In this document: positions 1 through 14,050 of the stretch, one piece after another
Numbering within the stretch: position 1 is the stretch's first letter
How the letters are laid out: each line of letters opens with the position of its first letter
Source: Ylistrum balloti
Lineage: Eukaryota
Length of the DNA: 64,000 bases
Assembly: GCF_031769215.1 (NCBI RefSeq)
Contig: NW_026782057.1
Coordinates: forward strand, 682,001-746,000
Direction: 5' to 3'
Notes under the pieces: generated by a model
The model's input: only the letters and a program-made list of their open reading frames with translations
Databases searched by the model: none
What the model was told of the DNA's origin: nothing
Made by a program: the position numbers and the translations under genes

Positions 1-176
1 AACATGTGCATTAGATTGGATTCATTGATTTCTAACTTTGGAGAATTCCTGTTAAATTTTGGCAGAAAGAGGGGTCAAAGGTTGTATTAGACTCTGTATA
101 TGAGACATATTGAATAGTTTAATGTGGTTATTTAACATTTTTTTACTGCATTTTGAGTTTCTTATATCTATTACAG

Positions 177-3100
177 TGGGGCATCATGGATGAACCACCT
201 AAGCCTGGCAGTCAGGGGCAGATAACTGTTGGAATTTTGCTCAACCCAGACACCTGTACTAGTATACTAGACAAGGGTCCACCAGCAGACTCTCCAGAGG
301 TCAGTCTCACATCAGTGTCAGTTTAAGTTAATTTTTCTGATTGCACTATTTCACAAAATCAAGTGCCCATGAAATAATATTTTTGTAAATTCTACGAAAT
401 TTGAATCCCACAAAAAATTGATAATATTGTTCTGTAGGTTGAAACTTTTAGTGTGATAGGGTTATATGACTCATTGAAATCTCAGAAAAACAGATTTTGA
501 CAACATTTACTTTTACATAGTCAGTTTTCATTTAAAACTTTGCATTTGGTATGTATTCATAGGCTGATGACTTCCGTGATTTTTGGGGAGAAAAATCTGA
601 ACTGCGTCGATTTAAAGATGGAAGCATATGTGAAGCAGTTGTATGGATGGAAGGGAATTCTGAAATTTCACTGAAAAGGACAGTTTGCTCGATTGCTGTC
701 AAACACATTCTACAGAAGTATGTGTTGTCTAGTCTATATCCAACTCACAGTAACTCATGTACATCATTGCAGTTTTATTTCACATCACGCAAATTTCTCC
801 ATTTGGTGTCGAAACCAGAGTATCTAATTTAAGCCGTGTCAAATTTATGGCACTAAGGAGAAACTTAACAAAGATAATGTTATTCTTCCTCATTTCAAAT
901 TTTTTGTATTCATAGTGCAATCTTAAGTCAAAAATATAGAAAATGAGACACTTTGAATAGAAAACCTGTCACATAGTATTTCTGTAGTAACACATTTTAA
1001 TACATTATTTTGTATGTGTAAGTATAAATCTATACCTGGCACACATTTTGTAGTTTATATTTACATAAGTATATACAAGTAATTTAGCTCACAGTAACAA
1101 AGTAAAGATGATTTGTTTAGGCTAATGATAACAAGGTTTGGGCTAACAGTAACAAGGTTTATGCTAACATTGACAAATTTTAGGCTAACAGTGACAAAGT
1201 TTAGGCTTACAATGACAAGATCTGGGCTGCTAGTGTCAAGGTTTGGGCTATCAGCTACAAAATTTAGGCTTACATTGCAAGATCTGGGCTGTCAGTGACA
1301 TCATTTCTTGTAGCGTGTCAAAAGCAAATTTTAATTTTGTTTTATTGTCATTCCATAAAATATATGATGTATATGCGCTTGGTCAGTAAGGATATTGTAC
1401 ACATGTACAGGATGGAACCACATGAGTACAAATGTATTTGATTGGAGTTGTTATTACATGTTTTGTTGTTTGGATGAATAAACAATGAAAGGAGAAAGTA
1501 GAAATCAATCTATTGGTTTATTTACTGCCGTTTCAAATAACAGATTAAACTATGCTGTTTGGGTGCTATCATAGCTACTTTGTTCAACCTTAATCATTGT
1601 CAGGAAACAGATATCATCAACCTTATCTATACGCTTCGTTTTAGTCGAAATTTGGATAAGTCGAAATATTTTCCAGGGCCCTTGAATTTCAAGATACCAA
1701 GTTTCAGCTGTAGTGTTTTGTAGTGACATTGATATGAGTATACTGTGAGTGTTAACAAATGCAGTGATGAAGAGACAGATTTATTATTTCTCTTGTAGAC
1801 AAGCTGGCATACCTACTGAGTCCATATGTTTCATTGGCCCCCAACTTGACCCACTGTTGTACCTGCCAGTCAGGTCAAAGAAAGGAATCAAGTGTTATGG
1901 TACAGGGGAAGAAGAGAATGTAGCCATTATGCAAAGCTATGACTCACTCTGTAAACTTCTACGTAATCTCAAGGACTTGCCACTCACAATAAACTCAATA
2001 CAAGGGACATCTCCAGCATTTCGATTTACAGAGGTGAGTGAAACATTAAATTGACTTTGAAATAAAGTTTGTAATTTATAATTGTAACTGTGTTAACCCC
2101 TATTCCACTGGTTCCTGGTAATCTGTAGTCCACTGGTTCCCGTCGATCTGTAATCCACTGGTTACATCTGTAGTCCACTGATTCCCGTCGATCTGTAATC
2201 CACTGGTTACTGTCGATCTGTATACCACTGGATCCTGGTGATCTGTAGTCCACAACTGGTTACTGTCGATCTGTATACCACTGGATCCTGGTGATCTGTA
2301 GTCCACAACTGGTTACTGTCGATCTGTAATCCACTGGTTCCTGTCGATCTTTAATCCACTGGTTACTGTCGATCTGTATTCCACTGGTTACTGTCGATAT
2401 GTATTCCACTGGTTACTGTCGATCTGTAATCCACTGGTTCCCGTCAATCTGTAATCCACTGGTTACTGTCGATCTGTATACCACTGGTTCCTGTCGATCT
2501 TTAATCCACTGGTTACTGTCGATCTGTATTCCACTGGTTACTGTCAATCTGTATTCCACTGGTTACTGTCAATCTGTATTCCACTGGTTACTGTCAATCT
2601 GTATTCCACTGGTTCCTGTCGATCTGTATACCACTGCAATCTTTATTACATATGCCACAGGTGCAAGTTGCATTTGTATTCTGTTTCATCTCATTATTTT
2701 ATATAAATACACATTCTTTTTTCCACAGGTAATGTATACTATCCTGTTGTATTTTGTTATTTTTAGGTGTTCCCTGCCCTTCAAGCAACCTTCCCAACAC
2801 AACTTACAAAGACAGACAGCAGTTTTCTTTGCCCTATATCCTCAAGGCCTACTCCTCCGTACACACCTGTTCACAAGAGTAAGTCATGGTTACACAGTGG
2901 TCGTTCAAGTGGTTATTATGACTTTGACTGTTTTCCTTTTGTTAGTTTTGTAAAGAAATGAAAGATATTTTGTATGTTAATCTCTGTATTGTCAACCTTT
3001 TAGCTGTTAATCTCTGTATTGTCAACCTTTTAGCACATTTTCAACAAAAATCAGGAACAGGGATTTACAGTTTTATCTACTGTGGCACATGTGCTCAACC

Positions 3101-6100
3101 TCTGACCTATAAGCTTAGCTGTACAATTAAATGATTCTTTTTTTTAAGTTGTGCAGTCAGCAATATGGGATATCATTTAAAAGTCCAGAGTTCTAAAGAT
3201 ATTTAAATTTGAAAGTGACATAAGTCTGGCCAATTTATTTGTGATTATTTGGTAAGGTATATTTAAATTCAATAGAAGTGTAGGCAGAAGCAGAAGTAAA
3301 TTAACGTCAGAATAACAAGGATGTCGTCAAGGGATTAGTATAAATGTCCGTGAGAGATTTGAATGCATGATTGGCTCTCCTGCATTAGCTCTCCTTGCAT
3401 GTTAATATGAAAATAAACATCTAGGTCGTTGTAACTATAAATAGAAATCAACAGAAATTTATTTGTCACTGTTCTAGAAGCTGCATTTCTAAATTGCTTG
3501 CTACGAGACACATAATCACAAACATCACTTCTTAGAAAAGTTTGACTTCCAATCTTGTACAGTCAAATATTAGGTCACTGTTACTTTAAATAGAAAATAA
3601 TAAAATGGTCACGTCTTTGCTCTGAAGGCTCTATTACTTCTCCGATTCTTACCAAACTTCACACATGTGTTCACAAAGATCAACTTTAGTATAAGTTCAT
3701 TCTTTTACTGTTAGTGGTTAATAACTAGGTCAACTCAACTGTAACAAGAAATTTGGATGTCACTGATCTACAGACTTCAATTGTGACATTAATGAAATGC
3801 TAAATGCATTGTCATTCATAAAAAAAGTTATCAGCAACATATCAAGTATTGGTATGTGGTAGCTTAATAGACTATATCTACGGCAGAGACATTCACATCA
3901 TCATATTGGGCAGCGTCTTCCAGTATTACACAGACCACACTGCTATTTATGCAGCATTTTGATAAAAGGTACACCATTCTGCTTATTTATGGTAACTGTA
4001 ACCTACATTTGCCCTGCAGAAGGTACAAATACAAACATTTAAAAGAGGTGATGTTTGTGAACACATGTAGGTTTCCCTTTACCCTTACCATGTCATACAA
4101 ATTTGAGGCTTGAGGGTGCGATGCCTTGTACTGTTAGACTTTGGGTAGTAATGGCTGACCTATCAACATTTTTTTTTTTTTCAATTTTATATCATTTAAG
4201 TATTCTTTAAGATCACTACCCAAGTACCCATCAGTCATTACTGATATCACTATCTATCTCAAGAGTACAAAATGAAGCACCATGGTTGGTGACTGTTTAC
4301 TCAAAGTTAATATTCTGTGAAATAGTCCATAATGTTTATAACCATATAAACTTAAATAGTCATTTTTCCAGATGAACAAACATCTTTATTCATAATAATG
4401 ATATGAAAAGCAAACTGACAAATATCATTTGACACAGATACATTTATCAAGAATCTTGAAATGGTGTGAGCTGTTTACAGAGGTGTTATTTTGGTATCGC
4501 AATGCACTCTGGGAAATATTGGCTTTTTAGGTTAAACAGCTACATGTTATATCGTGTTAAATGACAGAAACAAGAAAAGAACATTTCATAATTAATCTTG
4601 CTTAGTTTTAAACTCTAACCTTTCAATTCTGAACTAGTATCATCAAGTTAATGATTCATACCAAGAAAAGGGACAGTTTTTAGTTTTCTTTTTCACTGTA
4701 TGACCTACATACGTTCAATTATGCAGTAGTTGCCACAAAGGTGTTTATCATTTTCCCCGCTGCCTACAATATACATTGTATTCAATTTATCACAGACAAC
4801 AGTCGTTACTTGCAGCTTGTAAATATGATATAAATATTTATCTATAAAGTTGTATTGTTCAACAGTTGTATGTATGATGGAAGGAAGTGGTAAATGGCCA
4901 GATGAAATAGAACCATTTCAGCGTCTGAAGGCTGCCTTTCACATAGCTTTGGGAAAAGCTTTGTCGAGTGATCACAGTCTGATCGTCAGGACAACTCCTG
5001 GATATGTAGATGTGAAAAAAGTGAGTTTGATACACTTGTTTAAATTTGTTCTGCAAAGCCACTATAAAAATCTGAAAGATGTGTAATCTTAAGTACCAAA
5101 TAGATATCTGGCTGTTATGATGTCATTTTTGTTGTTATAGAAGCAACGCTGATACCTTGTCAAAATGGCTTTTCAGATACTTTTTGTTGTAAATTGTGTC
5201 ATAAGTCCATTGAATATTGTGTATTTTCTGGGTAGATTTTATTAAATGTTATTTTCTCTGGAGAAACATAAATTTACATGTTTTCTCAGGAAAGTTTCTC
5301 TCAGAGATACTTTTGTATTTGCAGAATAATTACATCTTTCGAGTAGAGCTTGCCTACTTGCGTGAGATAGCCTTGACTAAGTCTTATCGTACACCTGAGG
5401 GCATGATGAAGGTTAGGGACACACCTGAGTCAATAGAACTGGAAAAACAGATTGTTGCTCTCCCTAAACTGACCAGCACATTACATGGGTAAGTCTTTTA
5501 CAACTGGTTAAAAAATAACATATTTACACATAAAAACTGTTCATCTGTTTAAATGCCAGGTACTGAAAATATATCACGTCTGATATGATTTATATAATTC
5601 ATGATCAGAAAACTGTTGGCAATGTCCAATGTGGCCAATTTTAATTATGCTTACCAAAGGGAGAGCATATAAATGCCACTTTGTTTGTTTGTTTGTCCAT
5701 CCATCCATGCGTTTGTCCGTCCATCATAATTTATCCAGAGCATATCACAAAAACTATAAGAGGTTTCATCATGAAACTTCATAGGTAGATAGATCTCAAT
5801 AAGGAGAAGTGCAGTGTGCAAGAGACATAACTCTCTTTTGCATAATTAGCCCATTTGGAACTAGCGTTTATTCGGGAAGTGTCCGTTGGTTCCACTGATT
5901 CTATTGTCTTGGGGGAAGCTGGTAATGTGTCCAAATGCATCATCACCCAGTGCATTTTATTGATAAAATCTGAATTGAAAGCATGAGTTGCACATTATTG
6001 TCAAAATCTTGCCCAAAAAATTTTGTACTGAATCCAATACTTTAAATAAAAAAATAGCTTTGTAGTGTAAAAGTATGCTGTGTACACCAACAGGTCAGTG

Positions 6101-9100
6101 AAATTCACAGCTCAAGGCAACAGGTAATCTTTGAAGGAAAATTTAGTTATGTTGTTGACTAAAAAAAATATGATACATGACACGTACCAGTATGTAAAAC
6201 AATATGAATCACTCACTCGTGCCTATGGTTGAGATATTGTCAGGATATTGTTATTTATAGAGTACGGTTACAGTACTGTGTAGGTGTATGAGAGATGATC
6301 ATGATCTGTCATTGTCTCTCTTGAGCTGCAGTAGGTCACGTAAACCATCACTAATCGTACAGCCAACAGTAAGAAGGTCCTTGTTATTTAGTTTTCATTT
6401 TCATAGTGTAGATGATTTTGTATTACTCCTTAGAAAAACAAAGGAAAATCAAACGAATAAATGAATATTATGAGAAGAAACTATGGATACTATTGTACAA
6501 AATGGCTGAATATCCTCAAAATCCATCCCTTAAGGAATTCATGGAAAAAGTTGGAAATATAAAGAATATATCATAGACTTAATAAATGTGAAAGACTTAT
6601 GGCATGTCACTGTATATCATAGACTTAAAAAATGTGAAAGACTTATGGCACGTCACTGTATATCATAGACTTAAAAAATGTGAAAGACTTACGGCCGTCA
6701 CTGTATATCATAGACTTAAAAAATGTGAAAGACTTATGGCACGTCACTGTATATCATAGACTTAAAAAATGTGAAAGACTTATGGCACGTCACTGTATAT
6801 CATAGACTTAAAAAATGTGAAAGACTTATGGCACGTCAATTTGAAACTTTAAGCACTCTTAGAAAGTTGACTACCCATCATTAACAAACAAAAAAAATGG
6901 GGGGGGAACTTGTAATTGCAATGATAACAGAAATGTGTTTTCTTGTCTAATTTTCCAGTATACAACAACAGCACAACACATTCAGTGGTACAGTACGACT
7001 TGCCAAACGTTGGGTGTCCTCACAACTTCTGGCTGACCACATACCAGAGGAAGCTCTGGAACTAATGGCTGCCCAAATCTACATAGCTCCTAGTCCATTC
7101 AGTGTACCTAAGTAAGTATGTAAGGATTGTTTGTCTAATTAGTACGTACAGGTAAGATTCTGAAGGTCATTATTGAGAGTTTCAAATTGTAATAAATTTC
7201 CATTCATAGTTTCGAATTGGCATTGCAACAAAGAAAACAGATTTTTTTTCTTACATTAACCATTCTTATTCAAAATTATTGTCAAAACTATTTTCCAGCT
7301 CTAAAGTCATTGATCATTAATGCATTAATCATTTAAGTGATTAACACAAATTACACAAAATGAACCCATTGGTATCTTGTGCTGGATAATAACATCAAAC
7401 CCCTAAGTTAATTTTCCGTTTCGTGTTTTATAGCTCACCGCTGGTCGGTTTCTTGAGGTTTCTTCATCTTTTATCCAACCATGACTGGACCAGAACACCA
7501 CTGTTGGTCAATCTAAATCAAGAGTTTACAGGTAATTCTTGTGTCATCAGCATCGCTTTACATTAGAATATACAGCATTTGTAGCCAACCATTATCAGAT
7601 GGTAGGCTATTAAAATCACCCTACGTCTCTGGTCTGTCATCCTTCTTAAACAGTTCTTGTTATCACAGTTTTTTTAGAAGTACTGAATGGTTCAAATTTC
7701 ATTATGTAGATTCTCCTTATTCCATATTGGTGCCAATTTGGATTGGCAGGCAGCCATTTTTTATTTTGGCTATGAAAATTGTTATTGCTACTTGGTGTGA
7801 AGTACTGGATGGAGCTTTCTTAAATTCTATTGGCAGGTTTCCATTATGCCTAGTTGTGCCTGTTTGACTTTAGGACTGATCAGAAAAACAAAATGGCTGA
7901 CATCAGCTATCTTGGATTTTGACTATCAAAGTTTGTTAACGCTAGTTCTTGAGAAGGGGATAGGATGGGTGTTTTTTCTCAAACTTGATATTTAGGTTTC
8001 CTTTTGTCGTGATTGGTGTCCTTTTTGGACCTGGTAGTTAAAAGTTATCGCTATGTATCAACAAAAATTTTCAAATTTTATATGATTATGAACAAAAACA
8101 GAGGAAAGAATATAAAGATAGGGAAAAGATCCAACTTTTAAAGAACATATTAAGACCACACAATAGTGGGCACCATAATCCCAATTGGATCTTGTTTTTT
8201 TTCTGTGTACATGTACCATCAGTGTGACCAGATGTGAAAATTCTACTAAGAAGCTTGCTGCAAATTCATGTAATACTTCTCAACTTCTCATTCACATACA
8301 TTCCAATAAACGTGAACATTTAAGATATATTGTTAGATATATGTCCAACTATTTACTTTTGCATTGGGTGGTCGGGTGGCGCAGTGATAATGCACTTGTC
8401 TTACACCTAGTCATCTAGGGATCAATTCATGAAAACCAGACTGCATAGGTTTTACTTAGGTACTCCTGTTTTCTCCCACAATAATATGTGTGCTTACATC
8501 GGGGCAAACAAGAGTGAGAAGTAGAAGTTGAAATAACGTGTTTTGCAATATATTGTTATAAAATAAATTATTTTTTTTTATTATGTCTGCATTGCATAGC
8601 CTCTAGATGATCCTCACCAAACACAATGTTTGTGTTTATTGATATTATACATTGTAGTTAAACTTGCAAATAGTGTGCAGTCTTGTCACTACTTTTATTC
8701 AGTTAGATTTGTCCTGTTCGATGGTTGTTCCTTGCAAGTCTGGCACATGCCATTCTTAACTTTTGCTGATTTTATTTCCAAACTTTTCACACTTTGCTCC
8801 TAACCAAATCCTATTTATTTCACATATATAGGTGTGATACACTCATTCATTTTGTTTTCCTCCAGCTGGTGACTATGCAGAGATTTTGTCAAAGTTTTCA
8901 AAAGACAGGAAAACTCTTCCCTTGATGTTTATTTCTACACCTGGAGACAAACTGAGCTCCCACTGGACAGCAGGGTCACCAACGGCACCTATCCTCCAGC
9001 GCCTCATTTTACTGGCTAAGGAATCACTCAACATCCTGGAGAGTCAACTCAACTCTAATCTGACTCAAAATACCACAGACTTTAAGGTCAGTTGTTACCA

Positions 9101-11157
9101 TAGTAACAATTTTAGTTTACGACATTAGATTGTTGAGAAAAAAATATCATTGTTACTTTGTCTTGACAGTATTTGTAAAAGAAACAATTTTTGGGGTGGA
9201 ATAAAACTTTTCTTTTGTTGTATTACCAAGTGAAGTTCAACATTTTGTCAAAACTTGTCAGCAACATTTTTAGATATAAACAATTATACTTGTTGACATA
9301 CATTCAATAATTACAACAATGGACATGGAAATAAACAGACTTACTAAAAAAATATCAGAAATTACAAACAATCACCAATTATACATAAACTTGGTAATAC
9401 CATCATTATCTGGAACCCTGGCTTCTTCATTGACAAACATTTGAACATGTTTAAAAATGAAAAAAATAATTTGAAACTTGCTGTTTAATTTACTTGCTCA
9501 TTAACATGTATTTTTATGTGACTGGCAGCAAATATTCCGTCCGCCATTGGAAATCTATGATGTGATCATACACCTGAGACAGAAGATGGTGCCGCGTCAG
9601 AACCAAGCTGTGGACATCACTAACGAAACTTTCATCCCTCTTCATCTCACTGATGTGAATTCTGAAGTGATGCCAGTGTACGAGTTTGACCCTGTACAAC
9701 TGTATCTGTCAGAGCTGCGGGTTAGTATCACTAGCTCTACGTAATACACTCTGACAAGCTTTCACTAATTCTGTGTGGTGCTAGTTGTGCTTACTAACCC
9801 TGTTACAGAAATAATCAGTTTGACCAGATAATTTAAGAAACATTTTTTTTGGTAAATATTATTTGTATTCTCAAGTCTTACCTGCTTAGTCATGAGGTCT
9901 GCAGCATTTTCAACTAGAACAATATATGCTTGCCTTGTGCCAAAGAAATATTCTTGCTTTAAAAAAAATATAAATATTGAAATGGTAGTAGGGGATCAAA
10001 ATGTCTAAAGGGAAAATTGTGTAATAGGTTTTAATGATAAGTTAAAGCAAACCAGGTTTTAAAGAGATCGGTTAAAAACTAACAGAAGATCTCTGAACAA
10101 GATGAAGATGCTGAAAAAGGACTGTTCTTAGATTTTGTTTAATCAAAATGTTATTCATGAAAACACATCTCAACAGGCATTTCTATTTGCACAAACAACC
10201 TATTACACACCTTTCATAGTAGATGTTGCAGGGTATAATATTTTACATGAGATGATAAATGGCTGATTAATTAATCAAATGCAATGGTGTGATAATTAGA
10301 TTTGCTTCTACATGTAAATGACATTAATATGTTGATTAATCTTGTTTTTTAGGAAGTTTATGGTGAATACGCCCTGTTCTTCTATGATCACCACGGAGGA
10401 AATCTTATTGGTGTTCTGTGGAAACCTCAAGCATTCAACAAGGCAGCATTTTCAGTAGGTGGTAGTACATATGCCAGAGTGTAGGATTTGATGAACCCCT
10501 TTTTTCAGATGAAGATCGCACATTGTTTACTTGGCATGCAGGAAAAAGTTTTGAACAGATAGCTACAGTTAGTTACAGTAAATAACAGTTAGTTACAGTT
10601 ATAAGTTAGCTACCGTTAGTAAGAGTTAACTGCATATAGCAACAGTTCGAGTTAGCTACATTTAATTATAGTTAGTTATAGTTAGCAGTGGTTAGTTACA
10701 GTTAGGTTAGTTACAGATAGCTGAAGTTAGTTACAGTAAGCTACAGTTAACTATAGTTAGTTACATTTAGGTATAGTTAGTAATAGTTACCTACAGTTAC
10801 CTACAGTTAGTGAGGGAGTGAGTGAGTGTGGGTGGCTTGTTGGGTGGGTGGGTGGTTGGTGGGGGGGGGGGGGGGAGGGAGGTCGTTCGTTCGTTCTTCT
10901 TCTACAATTCACTTCAATGGGATGGATAGATATTTTATTGACAAATTCCTTACATATTTCCCATTGTTGTATATTGATGTTCATTGCAGGTCAACCGCAT
11001 AGCAGGAAAGATGCCTGTGATGCAAACCACAGACAAACATTCGGACATTCAAATTGTTGCAAATGTTGAGGCTATTTTGGAAGATTTTGAGGTGCTTGGG
11101 GAAGGACTGACATCTAAAGTGGAGATAAAGAAGTGGGACTTTGGATCAGTCCAGTGA
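177..11157 (+). CDS. NOL6: Nucleolar protein 6 (Utp22/Nrap family), 3' part; the 5' exons lie upstream of the window. Exons: 177-299, 563-717, 1799-2033, 2767-2878, 4866-5020, 5325-5488, 6959-7111, 7434-7531, 8866-9086, 9529-9720, 10353-10454, 10990-11157 (TGA)
   Basis: Twelve AG/GT-bounded exons join in a continuous phase. The translation contains Nrap-family motifs LDKGPPADSPE-ADDFRDFWGEKSELRRFKDGSICEAVVW, MEGSGKWPD, VRLAKRWVSSQLL, GFLRFLHLLSNHDW, FYDHHGGNLIGVLWKP and NVEAILEDFEVLGEGL. Confidence 0.95.
1110..1300. repeat. Degenerate minisatellite of about 21 bp (ttaggctaacagtgacaaagt)
   Basis: Recurrent ggcta/acaag spacing, reflected in the periodic ORF 1113-1298. Confidence 0.7.
2101..2636. 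repeat. 25-bp minisatellite (ccactggttactgtcgatctgtaat), about 21 copies, NOL6 intron
   Basis: Directly visible tandem array. Confidence 0.95.
5645..5850. mobile_element. Short interspersed HINE-like element; second copy at 50690-50830
   Basis: (GTTT/GTCC)n microsatellite followed by gagcatatcacaaaaactataagagg...catgaaacttcataggtagat...ataaggagaagt, near-identical at both loci. Confidence 0.6.
6567..6838. repeat. 46-bp tandem repeat, about 6 copies, NOL6 intron
   Basis: Unit tatatcatagacttaaaaaatgtgaaagacttatggcacgtcactg; units start at 6567 and 6613. Confidence 0.95.
8370..8575 (+). mobile_element. tRNA-derived SINE in a NOL6 intron
   Basis: A-box-like tggcgcagtg, degenerate B-box gggatcaattc, a core resembling ggttttctccgggtactccggtttcctcccaca, and an A/T-rich tail. 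Confidence 0.6.
10560..10895. repeat. Degenerate AGTT-rich simple repeat followed by (GTGA), (GGGT), poly-G and (TCGT) tracts
   Basis: Directly visible. Confidence 0.85.
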
Positions 11158-12784
11158 GATAAGATTAGACCAATTCAACAGATACCGGATTTGCCTTTGA
11201 TTTCTGAAGGGAAAAATGAAATTAGCCAGACATATTCAGGATTTTGTGAATGGTGTACTTCTGGTCTGCTGCTTTCTACAATAAGTCAGATACAGATATA
11301 CATTACTTTCATCATGTGTGTTTGTATATAAAACTATTAAATAAAACTATGTACATGTACGTTGACCTTGAAAGTTTGTTTTTAATTAGTTTATACCATG
11401 AGGCGTCATCCTTTGTCTTACTGTCATCTGGTATCTTTTTTTTTCAAATGCTAACATAGAGCTGTAATACAAAAAAACTGTCTGATTATTCTTTAAAAAC
11501 AAATGGTCTATAGCATCCTTTGGTGAAGGGTATATATATTGTAGTGTTAGCCAAGGTTCAGGCTCTTTCAGGTGGCAGACAGATGGGGCCCCAATATGCA
11601 AAATTTGAAAATTCTGCTTCTGTTTTGAATGAAATTAATTTTTTTTCACCAGCAGATGCACTAAACTAAAAACTCTGTATTCTTTAATCCCAACAGATGA
11701 AGGATTTTTAATCCTATCCTTGAGTCCATCATCCAGCTAGCATCAACTTTTCTATTTAAACTTCTTCTTGATAACCAACAGATCAAATGTCATGGTATTT
11801 GTCCTATAAGTTCCTAGGATAAAGCCTGAAAACTTTGCAAAAAGAAATGACCTTCACCCTTACTCAAGGTCACAGGAAACAAATTTGGTAAAATCATTAC
11901 ACAAAATCATAAGACTATTCAGATGGCCCCAAAGTATGGTACTTGGCTGTTAGGCCTCTGGGACGAAGCCTGACAAAGTTTTCAAAAATAAAAAAGAAAT
12001 GACCTTAGACCATCTTCACAATCACTTGGGTCAAATTTTCAAAACCTGTGAAAGAATTCATCTTAAAAACCAAAGTTTAAGAAGCAGGAAATTTGGTGGA
12101 AAAGTGTTTTTTAGGTTAAAGCCCAACATGTTTCAAGAAAAAAGAAATTACACTTACCTATGATTCAGGTCATAACTGTTACTGTTTAGAGTTAAGTATA
12201 AGAAGCTGTTTGTTGTGGAAATTAGTTAAAACTGACTGGATGTGCCAGCTTTGAATGCCATTGGAGTACAACTTAATATATTTGTGATGAATGATTTTAT
12301 TTTTAGTGAACATTGAAATTCCTCTTTACGAACTAGCATCCACTAACTCTTGTTACTTTATCTCTCTAGGAACACAGTCCAGTTATTTCATCAACTACTC
12401 GTTACTCTGTGTAAAAATCAGAACATAGACTATTGTTTCACTCTTCATTCTCATAGTACTACATATTTTTGTTTGGAAAGTGATAGGCCCACACAAGAAT
12501 GCATTTTAAATGAATGAAATAACAATGTATGATGTGACATGACATCATGTCTCTAATTGATAGCAATTTAATGAAAAAAAATCCTTTGTTAAATTTTTAT
12601 ATTTATGTGTTGATTTTGTTTTTGAAATGTATCCCAGAAATTGATAGGCTTTGATATTTAAGTGCTAATCATTCAGTTTGCAAATGGTTTTTTTCTTTTA
12701 TACTGTTGTGAAACTAAAAATATTCCTATCAGATCTTAAATACAGAAAAAAAAATCTGTGTCGACTAGAACATCCACCTTTACC

Positions 12785-12866
12785 TGTTTTGGCATGCTAG
12801 GTAAGCCCTTTTCAGAATGGTTCTGAAGACAGCATACCTAGTATGCCAAAACATGTTGACACCATT
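12785..12866 (+). ncRNA. Degenerate hammerhead ribozyme motif preceded by an inverted copy of itself
   Basis: CTGAAGA (12823-12829)-c-agcatac-cta-gtatgcc-AAAA-catgtt. The GAAA has become AAAA. Bases 12785-12816 are the reverse complement of 12822-12853 at 27/32 positions. Confidence 0.5.
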
Positions 12867-13759
12867 AAAACCTGCCAAGATCTGAGAATGTTGTCCATTT
12901 CTCTCTTTTGTCTACACTGGTCTCTTTATTCACCAAGGAGTCAATTCTACAGAAGAATTACCATCTATACCAATTTGCCTGTATCAGGATTTTTTTTCTG
13001 TTTCATTCTTTAGCAGACTATGATGGAAAGAGTAAAATTTAAGCTGTTGGTCACAAATTCTGAAAGATGTATTTATAATTTGTGAAAATACATTGAACTT
13101 GCCCATATCAGTTAATTGCCTACACTGCTGAAAGCTCAAAGTCTTGAAAATTTGTCCTGTACAATGATTGGAATAAATATGGAAAAAAAACCAGAAAGAA
13201 CAAAGTTTCACAAAGTCAAAATTTATTGTTTAACAACTGGTTTTCTCAAAAAAAATATCTCAAACATCAAGAAAACTGATAATACAAAAAGACGGGTTAT
13301 AACAAAAGTATATGGTAATCCAGGTTTATCCAGTAAACATTTATCACTGGCACTCTCTACTTACACTCGTAAATACAAACATCCAATCGCTCAGCGTAAT
13401 CAGGCCATTATTTAAAACACAATTTGTATCAACTATTACATGATATGACAACAATGTACAAATTCTATGTACAGGTGAAAATACAAAGGAGTGAGTGCAA
13501 TCTACAACACCTCAAAATATCCTGGTTAGAGTAAGTTTTTGAGAAGAACAAACAATAACTGAATTAGTTGTTCAGATAAAAGTTACATGGAATTGGTGTG
13601 TAATTCTTAAGAGAAAGAGAGCATCATGCTCGGTTGAATAGATAATAAGTGTGCAATCTACACAAGCTCAAAATATCCTAGTTAGAGTAAGCATGTGAGA
13701 ATTTTTTTCCATCAGAAACATCTTGAGTTCTAAAGCCAGTCACAGTTACAGCATACAAT

Positions 13760-14050
13760 AAGTCTACATCAAATATACATCATGATGTACATACACTAAG
13801 TCTACATCAAATATACATCATGATGTACATACACTGTAAGTCTACATCAAATATACATCATGATGTACATACACTGTATGTCTACATCAAATATACATCA
13901 TGATGTACATACACTAAGTCTACATCAAATATACATCATGATGTACATACACTGTAAGTCTACATCAAATATACACCATGATGTACATACACTGTATGTC
14001 TCTATCAAATATACATCATGATGTACATACACTGTCAGTCTATATCAAAT
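13760..14050. repeat. 38-40-bp tandem repeat, about 7 copies
   Basis: Unit taagtctacatcaaatatacatcatgatgtacatacac(tg). Confidence 0.95.

Noticed and set aside
2026-2953. ORFs on both strands over the 25-bp array
   Set aside because: Their periodic translations simply mirror the minisatellite inside a NOL6 intron. The spaced repeats are not CRISPR: there are no unique spacers and the DNA is eukaryotic.
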